Positions 53,994 to 64,000 of a stretch of DNA of 64,000 nucleotides are shown here, piece after piece (position 1 is the stretch's first letter; each line of letters opens with the position of its first letter). Location: NCBI GenBank assembly GCA_050613775.1, contig JBODTK010000154.1, forward strand, positions 62,001 to 126,000, given 5' to 3'. The stretch comes from Neocallimastix sp. 'constans'. Its lineage: Eukaryota. Made by a program: the position numbers and the translations under genes. The notes beneath the pieces are model-generated. The model saw only the letters and a list, made by a program, of their open reading frames with translations. It was not told where the DNA came from and made no database searches.

Positions 53994-55460
53994 TTAGAGT
54001 GGTGGGTTAGCGTTCTTAATACCTTGTTCAAAGTGCTTTTGGAACCATTGACCGGCTTCTGGTGCTGGCTTCATAGCAGTTTCATGACCACAGTAACCAT
54101 CGAAACGAGCTGCACTTTCATCAGAAGTACCATCAGATTCACCAAGTGGCTTAATCCAATAGAAAGCATCAAGATAATCCATACCGGAAACTGGACTAGC
54201 TTGTGGTCTAGCTCCAACTCCAACTCCTGTTTGGTTACACCATTCTCCTGGATGCTTACGATCAACCTTCTTACCATTACGAGAACTATCAGAAACAAAG
54301 TAAACGGATTTGATACCTGCTGATTTGAAGTCCTTAGAAATAGCTTCTAAGTATCTCTTTTCATCTGGACATGGATTCCATTCAGTATCTGGTCCACGAG
54401 AAAGAGTTGGATCTTCCCATGGAGTGTAGTTAGAAACATTATCAGTGAAACCACGAACATTACCTGGTGCACCAGAACTAATAACCTTGGCATAAACTTT
54501 ACCAGCCTTTTCACGATTATCATCCCAACCTAACCAGAAGGCGTGACCAATATCAAGATACATAGCAACATGTGGAAGAACACCAAGCTTTTGAATTAAG
54601 TAAGCATGACCATCAAGATAGTATTTTTCAGAATCAGCACAAGCTGGAGTAGATTCAAGGTTAGTAACTAAATTAGCAAGTGAATCGGGTTCAACAATAA
54701 GAACAACTGGTTGAGATTTGTAAGTCTTTAAATGACCTTCAATAACATCAATATATTCTGACTTGTAACGAGCTAAATCTCCATCATTGGCAAGAAGTTC
54801 ACCGTTAGAGGCAAGAGCGTGACAATCACGACCTGGTAAATCATAAACAACGAAAACTGTTAAGATATCTTTACCACTACTTTGGTGTTGAGATTGAGCT
54901 CCTTGTAAATTAGATTCTAACCAACTTTGCATGTTCTTAATGGTATCTAACCAAATAGCATTAGAGTAAGTCTTCATCTTTTCAGCCTTAGCAATGAGGG
55001 AAGAATCTGACATTTGAGCAATAGCTCCATCAACTTCTTCAACATAGTATGGATTGATGTAGAATTCAACACCCTTGAATGGATTACCAGAAATGGTGTA
55101 TTGTTCATTAGATGGAGTAACATTACCACCACCAATACTACCACCAGTAGAACCAGTTGGAATACCACACCAGTCTCCATTTTCAACACCCCACTTACCT
55201 GAGGCATCGGTGTACCAAACTTCAGCATTTGAAGAAGAACAGCATGGATAACCTTGAGAAAGGGACCAACAAGTAGCTTGAGCTGGGGCATCAGCAATAC
55301 CACACCAATTACCGTTTTCTACACCCCACTTTCCATCGTTATCGGTGTAAACAACTTCATTACCAGAACAACATGGATAACCTAATCTTTCAGCGAAGCA
55401 AGCGGCAGAAGCCTTAGCGGCAAGAGCAGCAGCAGCAGTTAAAGCAATAGAGGCCTTCAT
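53994..55460 (-). CDS. cel6A: GH6 cellobiohydrolase with 2 dockerins (488 aa)
   Basis: Intact ORF with same motifs. Confidence 0.96.
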   Translation of the reverse strand: MKASIALTAAAALAAKASAACFAERLGYPCCSGNEVVYTDNDGKWGVENGNWCGIADAPAQATCWSLSQGYPCCSSSNAEVWYTDASGKWGVENGDWCGIPTGSTGGSIGGGNVTPSNEQYTISGNPFKGVEFYINPYYVEEVDGAIAQMSDSSLIAKAEKMKTYSNAIWLDTIKNMQSWLESNLQGAQSQHQSSGKDILTVFVVYDLPGRDCHALASNGELLANDGDLARYKSEYIDVIEGHLKTYKSQPVVLIVEPDSLANLVTNLESTPACADSEKYYLDGHAYLIQKLGVLPHVAMYLDIGHAFWLGWDDNREKAGKVYAKVISSGAPGNVRGFTDNVSNYTPWEDPTLSRGPDTEWNPCPDEKRYLEAISKDFKSAGIKSVYFVSDSSRNGKKVDRKHPGEWCNQTGVGVGARPQASPVSGMDYLDAFYWIKPLGESDGTSDESAARFDGYCGHETAMKPAPEAGQWFQKHFEQGIKNANPPL

Positions 55461-56518
55461 TTTTGAATATTTTAATATATTTGAAATATTTATTAAAATT
55501 ATATATAAAAATATTTGTACTCAATACAATATTTTTTGAATATTATTAAACTCCAAATTTAATATTTGATTTTCTTCCAGAGAAAACTTAGAAAATAAAT
55601 TTAAATTGAAATTAAAATAAAAAAACTAGAAAAATATTTGAATTTATATAGAGTTTTTAAATTTAATTAATTAAACATATTTTAAATACTGCTATTAATT
55701 AAATCAGAATTATATGTATAATATTTCATATTTTTTTATTCAAAATTTATTGAATGTTTTTTAAAATAATTTTAAAATTTAAAAAATAAATTAAAAGATA
55801 CTGTAAAAAGCTTATAATAATAATTATTAAAATTAAATTAGAATATCTGGTAACATCATGAATTTATCGTATACATATTTTAATTAAAATATATTTATGT
55901 TTCAATTACAATAAATTAAACTTGTTTCAATTACTTATTTGTTTTTTTAAATATAATTGGCTAAATACAATTATAATATTAAAAAAAATTCCATTTAATA
56001 AATTATCTTCAAGTAAAAAGCATTTTAATATATATATTAGAAATTAAACACTCCTTAATTATTTTAGTTTTCTTAAAAGAATAATATATATATTTATATA
56101 AAATGCTTAAAATATTCAAAATTAAAAAGTATTAACTAAAATAAAATGTAATTTTAAAATACATCTATGATATTAATTTATTTTAATTCATAAAAGTATA
56201 ATTTTGAATAGAAATACAATAAATTTATTAGTAACTTTGAGATAAAAAAACTTTTAAAATATGTATTATATTTAAAACTGTAGTTTTTTCATATTATAAA
56301 TAAAATTTATATATCTTAACAACAAATTTTAAATGATATATTTTCAATTATCTTTTATAATTTTGATATTTTTTAAATAAATAAAATTTATTATATATTT
56401 TTATCAACATGCGAAAAACTTAAATCCTATAAAAATTTTTATTTCAATAAATTATATATTATGTTTTTATAATTTATTACAATTATATTAAGCAGTCACT
56501 AATAGAACTAAAGTATTA

Positions 56519-56552
<34 letters not shown>

Positions 56553-57108
56553 ATAAACATATGTATAAACATATATATATTATATATATTATGTCTATAA
56601 TCTTTAATTTAATATATTATTTTACCATTTCTTTTAATATTTCGTTTTAATTAGAATTTTAATTTTTTATATCATTTAAAGTTTTAATAATCACAATTAC
56701 TTAATATGTTTTATTTTTTAATTAAATTTTATTAATTTTTCTGAGTTAATTCATTATTATTTTATTATCAAAAAATTTTTAAATTAATTGTAATTAAAAA
56801 AATATTGGATATGTTAAATATTAAAATTATATAATACAAAAAAATAATTATAAAAAATAATACATGAATAATGAAAATTCAGTAATTTATAATTATTAAA
56901 TTTATTATATATATGCTAGGTTTTTTTTCGTAATTTTTATTATTTTTTCTAATTTTATACAAATATAATTTTCTCTGGAAGAAAGTTAAAATTAAAAATT
57001 TAGGTTAAATAATATTCTTAAAATATTGTATTGATTACAATAAAATTATATTCATAAATTCTTTAAAAATATTACATTTTCAAATTAACAATTTTAAAAT
57101 ATTAAAAA

Positions 57109-58584
57109 ATGAAGGCCTCTATTGCTTTAACTGCTGCTGCTCTCGCCGCTAAGGCCTCTGCCGCTTGCTTCGCTGAAAGATTAGGTTATCCATGTTGTTC
57201 TGGTAATGAAGTTGTTTATACCGATAACGATGGAAAGTGGGGTGTAGAAAATGGTAATTGGTGTGGTATTGCTGATGCCCCAGCTCAAGCTACTTGTTGG
57301 TCTCTTTCTCAAGGTTATCCATGCTGTTCTTCTTCAAATGCTGAAGTTTGGTACACTGATGCCTCAGGTAAGTGGGGTGTTGAAAATAGAGACTGGTGTG
57401 GTATTCCAACTGGTTCTACTGGTGGTAGTACTGGTGGTAGTACTGGTGGTGGTAATGTTACTCCATCCAATGAACAATACACCATTTCTGGTAATCCATT
57501 CAAGGGTGTTGAATTCTATATCAATCCATACTATGTTGAAGAAGTTGATGGAGCTATTGCTCAAATGTCAGATTCTTCTCTTATTGCTAAGGCTGAAAAG
57601 ATGAAGACTTACTCTAATGCTATTTGGTTAGATACTATTAAAAATATGCAAAGTTGGTTAGAATCTAATTTACAAGGAGCTCAAACTCAACACCAAAGTA
57701 GTGGTAAAGATATCTTAACTGTTTTCGTTGTTTATGATTTACCAGGTCGTGATTGTCACGCTCTTGCCTCTAACGGTGAACTTCTTGCCAATGATGGTGA
57801 TTTAGCTCGTTACAAATCTGAATACATTGATGTTATTGAAGGTCACTTAAAGACTTACAAATCTCAACCAGTTGTTCTTATTGTTGAACCTGATTCACTT
57901 GCTAACTTAGTTACTAACCTTGAATCTACTCCAGCTTGTGCTGATTCTGAAAAATACTATCTTGATGGTCATGCTTACTTAATTCAAAAGCTTGGTGTTC
58001 TTCCACATGTTGCTATGTATCTTGATATTGGTCACGCCTTCTGGTTAGGTTGGGATGATAATCGTGAAAAGGCTGGTAAGGTTTATGCCAAGGTTATTAG
58101 TTCTGGTGCTCCAGGTAATGTTCGTGGTTTCACTGATAATGTTTCTAACTACACTCCATGGGAAGATCCAACACTTTCTCGTGGACCAGATACTGAATGG
58201 AACCCATGTCCAGATGAAAAGAGATACTTAGAAGCTATTTCTAAGGACTTCAAATCAGCAGGTATCAAATCCGTTTACTTTGTTTCTGATAGTTCTCGTA
58301 ATGGTAAGAAGGTTGATCGTAAGCACCCAGGAGAATGGTGTAACCAAACTGGTGTTGGAGTTGGAGCCAGACCACAAGCCAGTCCAGTTTCTGGTATGGA
58401 TTATCTTGATGCTTTCTATTGGATTAAGCCACTTGGTGAATCTGATGGTACTTCTGATGAAAGTGCAGCTCGTTTCGATGGTTACTGTGGTCATGAAACT
58501 GCTATGAAGCCAGCACCAGAAGCTGGTCAATGGTTCCAAAAGCACTTTGAACAAGGTATTAAGAATGCTAACCCACCACTCTAA
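57109..58584 (+). CDS. cel6A: GH6 cellobiohydrolase with 2 dockerins (491 aa)
   Basis: Intact ORF, opposite orientation; G>R in dockerin 2 (VENRDWC). Confidence 0.96.
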   Translation: MKASIALTAAALAAKASAACFAERLGYPCCSGNEVVYTDNDGKWGVENGNWCGIADAPAQATCWSLSQGYPCCSSSNAEVWYTDASGKWGVENRDWCGIPTGSTGGSTGGSTGGGNVTPSNEQYTISGNPFKGVEFYINPYYVEEVDGAIAQMSDSSLIAKAEKMKTYSNAIWLDTIKNMQSWLESNLQGAQTQHQSSGKDILTVFVVYDLPGRDCHALASNGELLANDGDLARYKSEYIDVIEGHLKTYKSQPVVLIVEPDSLANLVTNLESTPACADSEKYYLDGHAYLIQKLGVLPHVAMYLDIGHAFWLGWDDNREKAGKVYAKVISSGAPGNVRGFTDNVSNYTPWEDPTLSRGPDTEWNPCPDEKRYLEAISKDFKSAGIKSVYFVSDSSRNGKKVDRKHPGEWCNQTGVGVGARPQASPVSGMDYLDAFYWIKPLGESDGTSDESAARFDGYCGHETAMKPAPEAGQWFQKHFEQGIKNANPPL

Positions 58585-59213
58585 ATAAAATGAGAAAAAA
58601 TAAAAAATAATAAAAATAAAAGTTAGAAAGTTATTTTTCTATAATAAATTATTAAAATATTATCAATAAATTAAAAAATAAAATGTTAAATATAATAAAT
58701 AAATTAGAAATATCTATAAATAGAAAAAAATTATAATAATGAATGACAATTAAATTGATAATTATAATTAATGAATTAGAAATATTCATAAATTGAAAAA
58801 AAAAATTAAATTATTATATAAATGTAGCTAAATAAAACAAAACAGAAAAAACAATAAATAATAAATAATAAAAAAATAAAAAATAAACAAAAAATTATAT
58901 ATATTCAAATGATATTAAATTATTTAATTTTTTGAATATTTATATTTTTATATGTGAATAATAATTTTATTTTAAACAATAATTTTTTAATATTATGAAA
59001 AATTGAAACTTATATTAATAATATATTACAAATATATATTATTAAATATATATCTTTAAAACTTTGATTTAAATTATATTATAATTCATAATAGATTTTT
59101 TCATATTTATCAATTAAAGAAAAAAAAATATATATTAACATGAATATTTGAAAATTTTAAATAATTTTATTATAATTTTAATTAATATTTTCAAAAGATT
59201 CAGTTTATTGTAA

Positions 59214-59360
<147 letters not shown>

Positions 59361-59880
59361 TTAATTATTATTACTATTGAGATTATATCATTATCATTAT
59401 CATTATATATAATTGAAACCAATAAAATTTAAAAATATTATTAAGTATTGTTGATGACTTCACAATTTGAAAAAAAATTGTATTCCTAAATATTTACCCC
59501 TGTCAAATTCTTTATTTTTTATTTGTTGATATTTTTTATCTTTCCAATTACTAAATTTATTTTTATTAAATTTATATTAAATAAGGAAAGATACTCATAA
59601 ATAATTAAAACATTAATTTAAAATTTTTTTTCTATTGTAATACATAATTTTATTTTATATATAAATACATTATATTTTTTCTTATTTTTTTTTAATAACT
59701 ATATTTTTGTTAATAAATAATTATCAAATAATAAAATTTTCTCTGGAAGAAAATTAAAGAAAAAATATTTATTCTTATTATTATTAAAAAAAATATTTTG
59801 TATTGAGTACAAATATATTTTATATAAACATTAAATAAACATATTTTAATAAAATATTATATTAATTGAAGTATTTAAAA

Positions 59881-61347
59881 ATGAAGGCCTCTATTGCTTT
59901 AACTGCTGCTGCTGCTCTTGCCGCTAAGGCTTCTGCTGCCTGTTTCTCACAAAGATTAGGTTATCCATGTTGTTCTGGTAATGAAGTTGTTTACACCGAT
60001 AACGATGGAAAGTGGGGTGTAGAAAATGGTAATTGGTGTGGTATTGCTGATACCCCAGCTCAAGCTACTTGTTGGTCTCTTTCTCAAGGTTATCCATGTT
60101 GTTCTTCTTCAAATGCTGAAGTTTGGTACACCGATGCCTCAGGTAAATGGGGTGTTGAAAATGGAGACTGGTGTGGTATTCCAACTGGTTCTACTGGTGG
60201 TAGCACTGGTGGTGGTAATGTTACTCCATCCAATGAACAATACACCATTTCTGGTAATCCATTCAAGGGTGTTGAATTCTACATCAATCCATACTATGTT
60301 GAAGAAGTTGATGGAGCTATTGCTCAAATGTCAGATTCTTCTCTTATTGCTAAGGCTGAAAAGATGAAGACTTACTCTAATGCTATTTGGTTAGATACCA
60401 TTAAGAACATGCAAAGTTGGTTAGAATCTAATTTACAAGGAGCTCAATCTCAACACCAATCTAGTGGTAAGGATATCTTAACTGTTTTCGTTGTTTATGA
60501 TTTACCAGGTCGTGATTGTCACGCTCTTGCTTCTAACGGTGAACTTCTTGCCAATGATGGAGATTTAGCTCGTTACAAGTCTGAATACATTGATGTTATT
60601 GAAGGTCACTTAAAGACTTACAAATCTCAACCAGTTGTTCTTATTGTTGAACCCGATTCACTTGCTAACTTAGTTACTAACCTTGAATCTACTCCAGCTT
60701 GTGCTGATTCTGAAAAATACTATCTTGAAGGACATGCTTATTTAATTAAGAAGCTCGGTGTTCTTCCACATGTTGCTATGTATCTTGATATTGGTCACGC
60801 TTTCTGGTTAGGTTGGGATGATAATCGTGAAAAGGCTGGTAAAGTTTATGCCAAGGTTATTAATTCTGGTGCTCCAGGTAATGTTCGTGGTTTCACTGAT
60901 AATGTTTCTAACTACACTCCATGGGAAGATCCAACACTTTCTCGTGGACCAGATACTGAATGGAATCCATGTCCAGATGAAAAGAGATACTTAGAAGCTA
61001 TTTCTAAGGACTTCAAATCAGCTAGTATCAAATCCGTTTACTTTGTTTCTGATAGTTCTCGTAATGGTAAGAAGGTTGATCGTAAGCACCCAGGAGAATG
61101 GTGTAACCAAACAGGAGTTGGTGTTGGAGCCAGACCACAAGCCAGTCCAGTTTCTGGTATGGATTATCTTGATGCTTTCTACTGGATTAAGCCACTTGGT
61201 GAATCCGATGGTACTTCTGATGAAAGTGCAGCTCGTTTCGATGGTTACTGTGGTCATGAAACCGCTATGAAGCCAGCACCAGAAGCTGGTCAATGGTTCC
61301 AAAAGCACTTTGAACAAGGTATTAAGAATGCTAACCCACCTCTCTAA
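59881..61347 (+). CDS. cel6A: GH6 cellobiohydrolase with 2 dockerins (488 aa)
   Basis: Intact ORF; ATG at 59881. Confidence 0.96.
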   Translation: MKASIALTAAAALAAKASAACFSQRLGYPCCSGNEVVYTDNDGKWGVENGNWCGIADTPAQATCWSLSQGYPCCSSSNAEVWYTDASGKWGVENGDWCGIPTGSTGGSTGGGNVTPSNEQYTISGNPFKGVEFYINPYYVEEVDGAIAQMSDSSLIAKAEKMKTYSNAIWLDTIKNMQSWLESNLQGAQSQHQSSGKDILTVFVVYDLPGRDCHALASNGELLANDGDLARYKSEYIDVIEGHLKTYKSQPVVLIVEPDSLANLVTNLESTPACADSEKYYLEGHAYLIKKLGVLPHVAMYLDIGHAFWLGWDDNREKAGKVYAKVINSGAPGNVRGFTDNVSNYTPWEDPTLSRGPDTEWNPCPDEKRYLEAISKDFKSASIKSVYFVSDSSRNGKKVDRKHPGEWCNQTGVGVGARPQASPVSGMDYLDAFYWIKPLGESDGTSDESAARFDGYCGHETAMKPAPEAGQWFQKHFEQGIKNANPPL

Positions 61348-62004
61348 ATAAATTGAGAAAAACTAAGAATAGATAAAAATTAAAGTTATTAAAAGATTTC
61401 TATAATAGATTATTAAAAGTATTATGAATAAATTAAAAAATAAATTGTTAAATATAATGAGTAATTAAGAAATATTTATAAGTAAAAAAATTATAAAATA
61501 AATTAAAATTTAATTGGTAAATAAGAACTATTCATAAAAAGAAAAATAAATTATTATAATTATATATGTAGCTAAATAAATAAATAAAAAAAAGTAATAA
61601 ATAATAAATAATAAAATAAAAAAAATTAAACCAAAAAAACAAAATAAAAATAAAAATAAAATTATATATATTCAAATAATATTAAACTATCTAATTTTTT
61701 AAATATTTATATTTTTAATAATATCATAAAAAATTTAAACCTATATATTTAACAATATATCTAATTTTTTAAATATTTACATTTTTAATAATATCATGAA
61801 AAATTTAAACCTATATATTTAATAATATAATTAAAGTTTAAACCTACATATTTAATATAGTATAATTTATAATAGATTTTTTCATATTTATCAAATAAAA
61901 AAAAATTAAATATATTAAATATATTAATATGATTTTTGAGAATTTTAAATAAAATTATAATAATTTTAATTAATTATATTTTCAAAAGATTCAGTTTATT
62001 GTAA

Positions 62005-62160
<156 letters not shown>

Positions 62161-62654
62161 AGGTTATATTATTATCATTATCTTATATATAATTGAAACC
62201 AATAAAATTTATAAATATATTAAATATTGTTGATGACTTCACAATTTGAAAAAAAATTGTATTCCTAAATATTTACCCCTATCAAATTCTTTATTTTTTA
62301 TTTGTTGATATTTTTTATCTTTCCAATTACTAAATTTATTTTTATTAAATTTATATTAAACAAGGAAAGATAATAAATAATTAAAACATTAATTTAAAAT
62401 TTTTTTTCTATTGTTATACACAATTTTATTTTATATATAAATACAATATATTTTTTCTTCTTTTTTTTAAATTATTGTTTTTATCAATAAATAATTATAA
62501 TATAATAAAATTTTCTCTGGAAGAAAATTAAAGAAAAAAATATTTAATATTATTAATAATAAAAATAATATTTTGTATTGAGTACAAATAATATATTTTA
62601 TATTAAAAATAAACATATTTTAGTAAAATATTATATTAATTGAAGTATTTAAAA

Positions 62655-64000
62655 ATGAAGGCCACTATTGCTTTAACTGCTGCTGCTGCTCTTGCCGCTA
62701 AGGTTTCTGCTGCTTGTTTCTCAGAAAGATTAGGTTATCCATGTTGTTCTGGTAATGAAGTTGTTTACACCGATAATGATGGAAAGTGGGGTGTAGAAAA
62801 CGGTAATTGGTGTGGTATTGCCGATGCCCCAGCTCAAGCTACTTGTTGGTCTCTTTCTCAAGGTTATCCATGTTGTTCTTCTTCAAATGCTGAAGTTTGG
62901 TACACCGATGCCTCAGGTAAATGGGGTGTTGAAAATGGAGACTGGTGTGGTATTCCAACTGGTTCTACTGGTGGTAGCACTGGTGGTGGTAATGTTACTC
63001 CATCTAATGAACAATACACCATTTCTGGTAATCCATTCAAGGGTGTTGAATTCTATATCAATCCATACTATGTTGAAGAAGTTGATGGAGCTATTGCTCA
63101 AATGTCAGATTCTTCTCTTATTGCTAAGGCTGAAAAGATGAAGACTTACTCTAATGCTATTTGGTTAGATACCATTAAGAACATGCAAAGTTGGTTAGAA
63201 TCTAATTTACAAGGAGCTCAATCTCAACACCAATCTAGTGGTAAGGATATCTTAACTGTTTTCGTTGTTTATGATTTACCAGGTCGTGATTGTCACGCTC
63301 TTGCTTCTAACGGTGAACTTCTTGCCAATGATGGAGATTTAGCTCGTTACAAGTCTGAATACATTGATGTTATTGAAGGTCACTTAAAGACTTACAAATC
63401 TCAACCAGTTGTTCTTATTGTTGAACCCGATTCACTTGCTAACTTAGTTACTAACCTTGAATCTACTCCAGCTTGTGCTGATTCTGAAAAATACTATCTT
63501 GAAGGACATGCTTATTTAATTAAGAAGCTTGGTGTTCTTCCACATGTTGCTATGTATCTTGATATTGGTCACGCTTTCTGGTTAGGTTGGGATGATAATC
63601 GTGAAAAGGCTGGTAAAGTTTATGCTAAGGTTATTAGTTCTGGTGCTCCAGGTAATGTTCGTGGTTTCACTGATAATGTTTCTAACTACACTCCATGGGA
63701 AGATCCAACTCTTTCTCGTGGACCAGATACTGAATGGAATCCATGTCCAGATGAAAAGAGATACTTAGAAGCTATTTCTAAGGACTTCAAATCAGCAGGT
63801 ATCAAATCTGTTTACTTTGTTTCTGATAGTTCTCGTAATGGTAAGAAGGTTGATCGTAAGCATCCAGGAGAATGGTGTAACCAAACAGGAGTTGGTGTTG
63901 GAGCTAGACCACAAGCCAGTCCAGTTTCTGGTATGGATTATCTTGATGCTTTCTATTGGATTAAGCCACTTGGTGAATCCGATGGTACTTCTGATGAAAG
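62655..64000 (+). CDS. cel6A: GH6 cellobiohydrolase with 2 dockerins (partial, runs off the window)
   Basis: ATGAAGGCCACT at 62655; colinear with paralogues to ...GESDGTSDE at the window end. Confidence 0.94.
   Translation, partial: MKATIALTAAAALAAKVSAACFSERLGYPCCSGNEVVYTDNDGKWGVENGNWCGIADAPAQATCWSLSQGYPCCSSSNAEVWYTDASGKWGVENGDWCGIPTGSTGGSTGGGNVTPSNEQYTISGNPFKGVEFYINPYYVEEVDGAIAQMSDSSLIAKAEKMKTYSNAIWLDTIKNMQSWLESNLQGAQSQHQSSGKDILTVFVVYDLPGRDCHALASNGELLANDGDLARYKSEYIDVIEGHLKTYKSQPVVLIVEPDSLANLVTNLESTPACADSEKYYLEGHAYLIKKLGVLPHVAMYLDIGHAFWLGWDDNREKAGKVYAKVISSGAPGNVRGFTDNVSNYTPWEDPTLSRGPDTEWNPCPDEKRYLEAISKDFKSAGIKSVYFVSDSSRNGKKVDRKHPGEWCNQTGVGVGARPQASPVSGMDYLDAFYWIKPLGESDGTSDE

Overview
Extremely AT-rich eukaryotic DNA, almost certainly from an anaerobic gut fungus (Neocallimastigomycota). 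It is dominated by a tandem and inverted array of intronless cel6A-type cellulosomal cellobiohydrolase genes (signal peptide, two fungal dockerin/CBM10-like modules, Gly/Ser/Thr linker, GH6 domain). There are 11 complete copies, one copy running off the right edge and two pseudogene fragments. Nine complete copies lie on the minus strand; three copies lie on the plus strand, head-to-head at ~56 kb. Coding regions are near-identical and mosaic while spacers fall into a few diverged families, which points to unequal crossing-over plus gene conversion. One spacer holds a nest of LTR elements. A decayed Ty1/copia element (25436-39172) has a primer site matching the tRNA-Lys(CUU) anticodon arm. It is interrupted by a Ty3/gypsy chromovirus with an intact ORF and a Tf1-type self-priming site (27460-34577), and by a related solo LTR (36693-37314). 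A long-LTR remnant with a 4-bp TSD (23171-24718) lies in the same spacer. Another spacer carries a 5'-truncated LINE-like insert (49431-50145) and an unexplained ~1.5 kb insert ending in a structured RNA-like island (~47816-49300). Two quasi-palindromic motifs are conserved upstream of the cel6A copies. All calls come from reading the sequence by eye; no searches were run.
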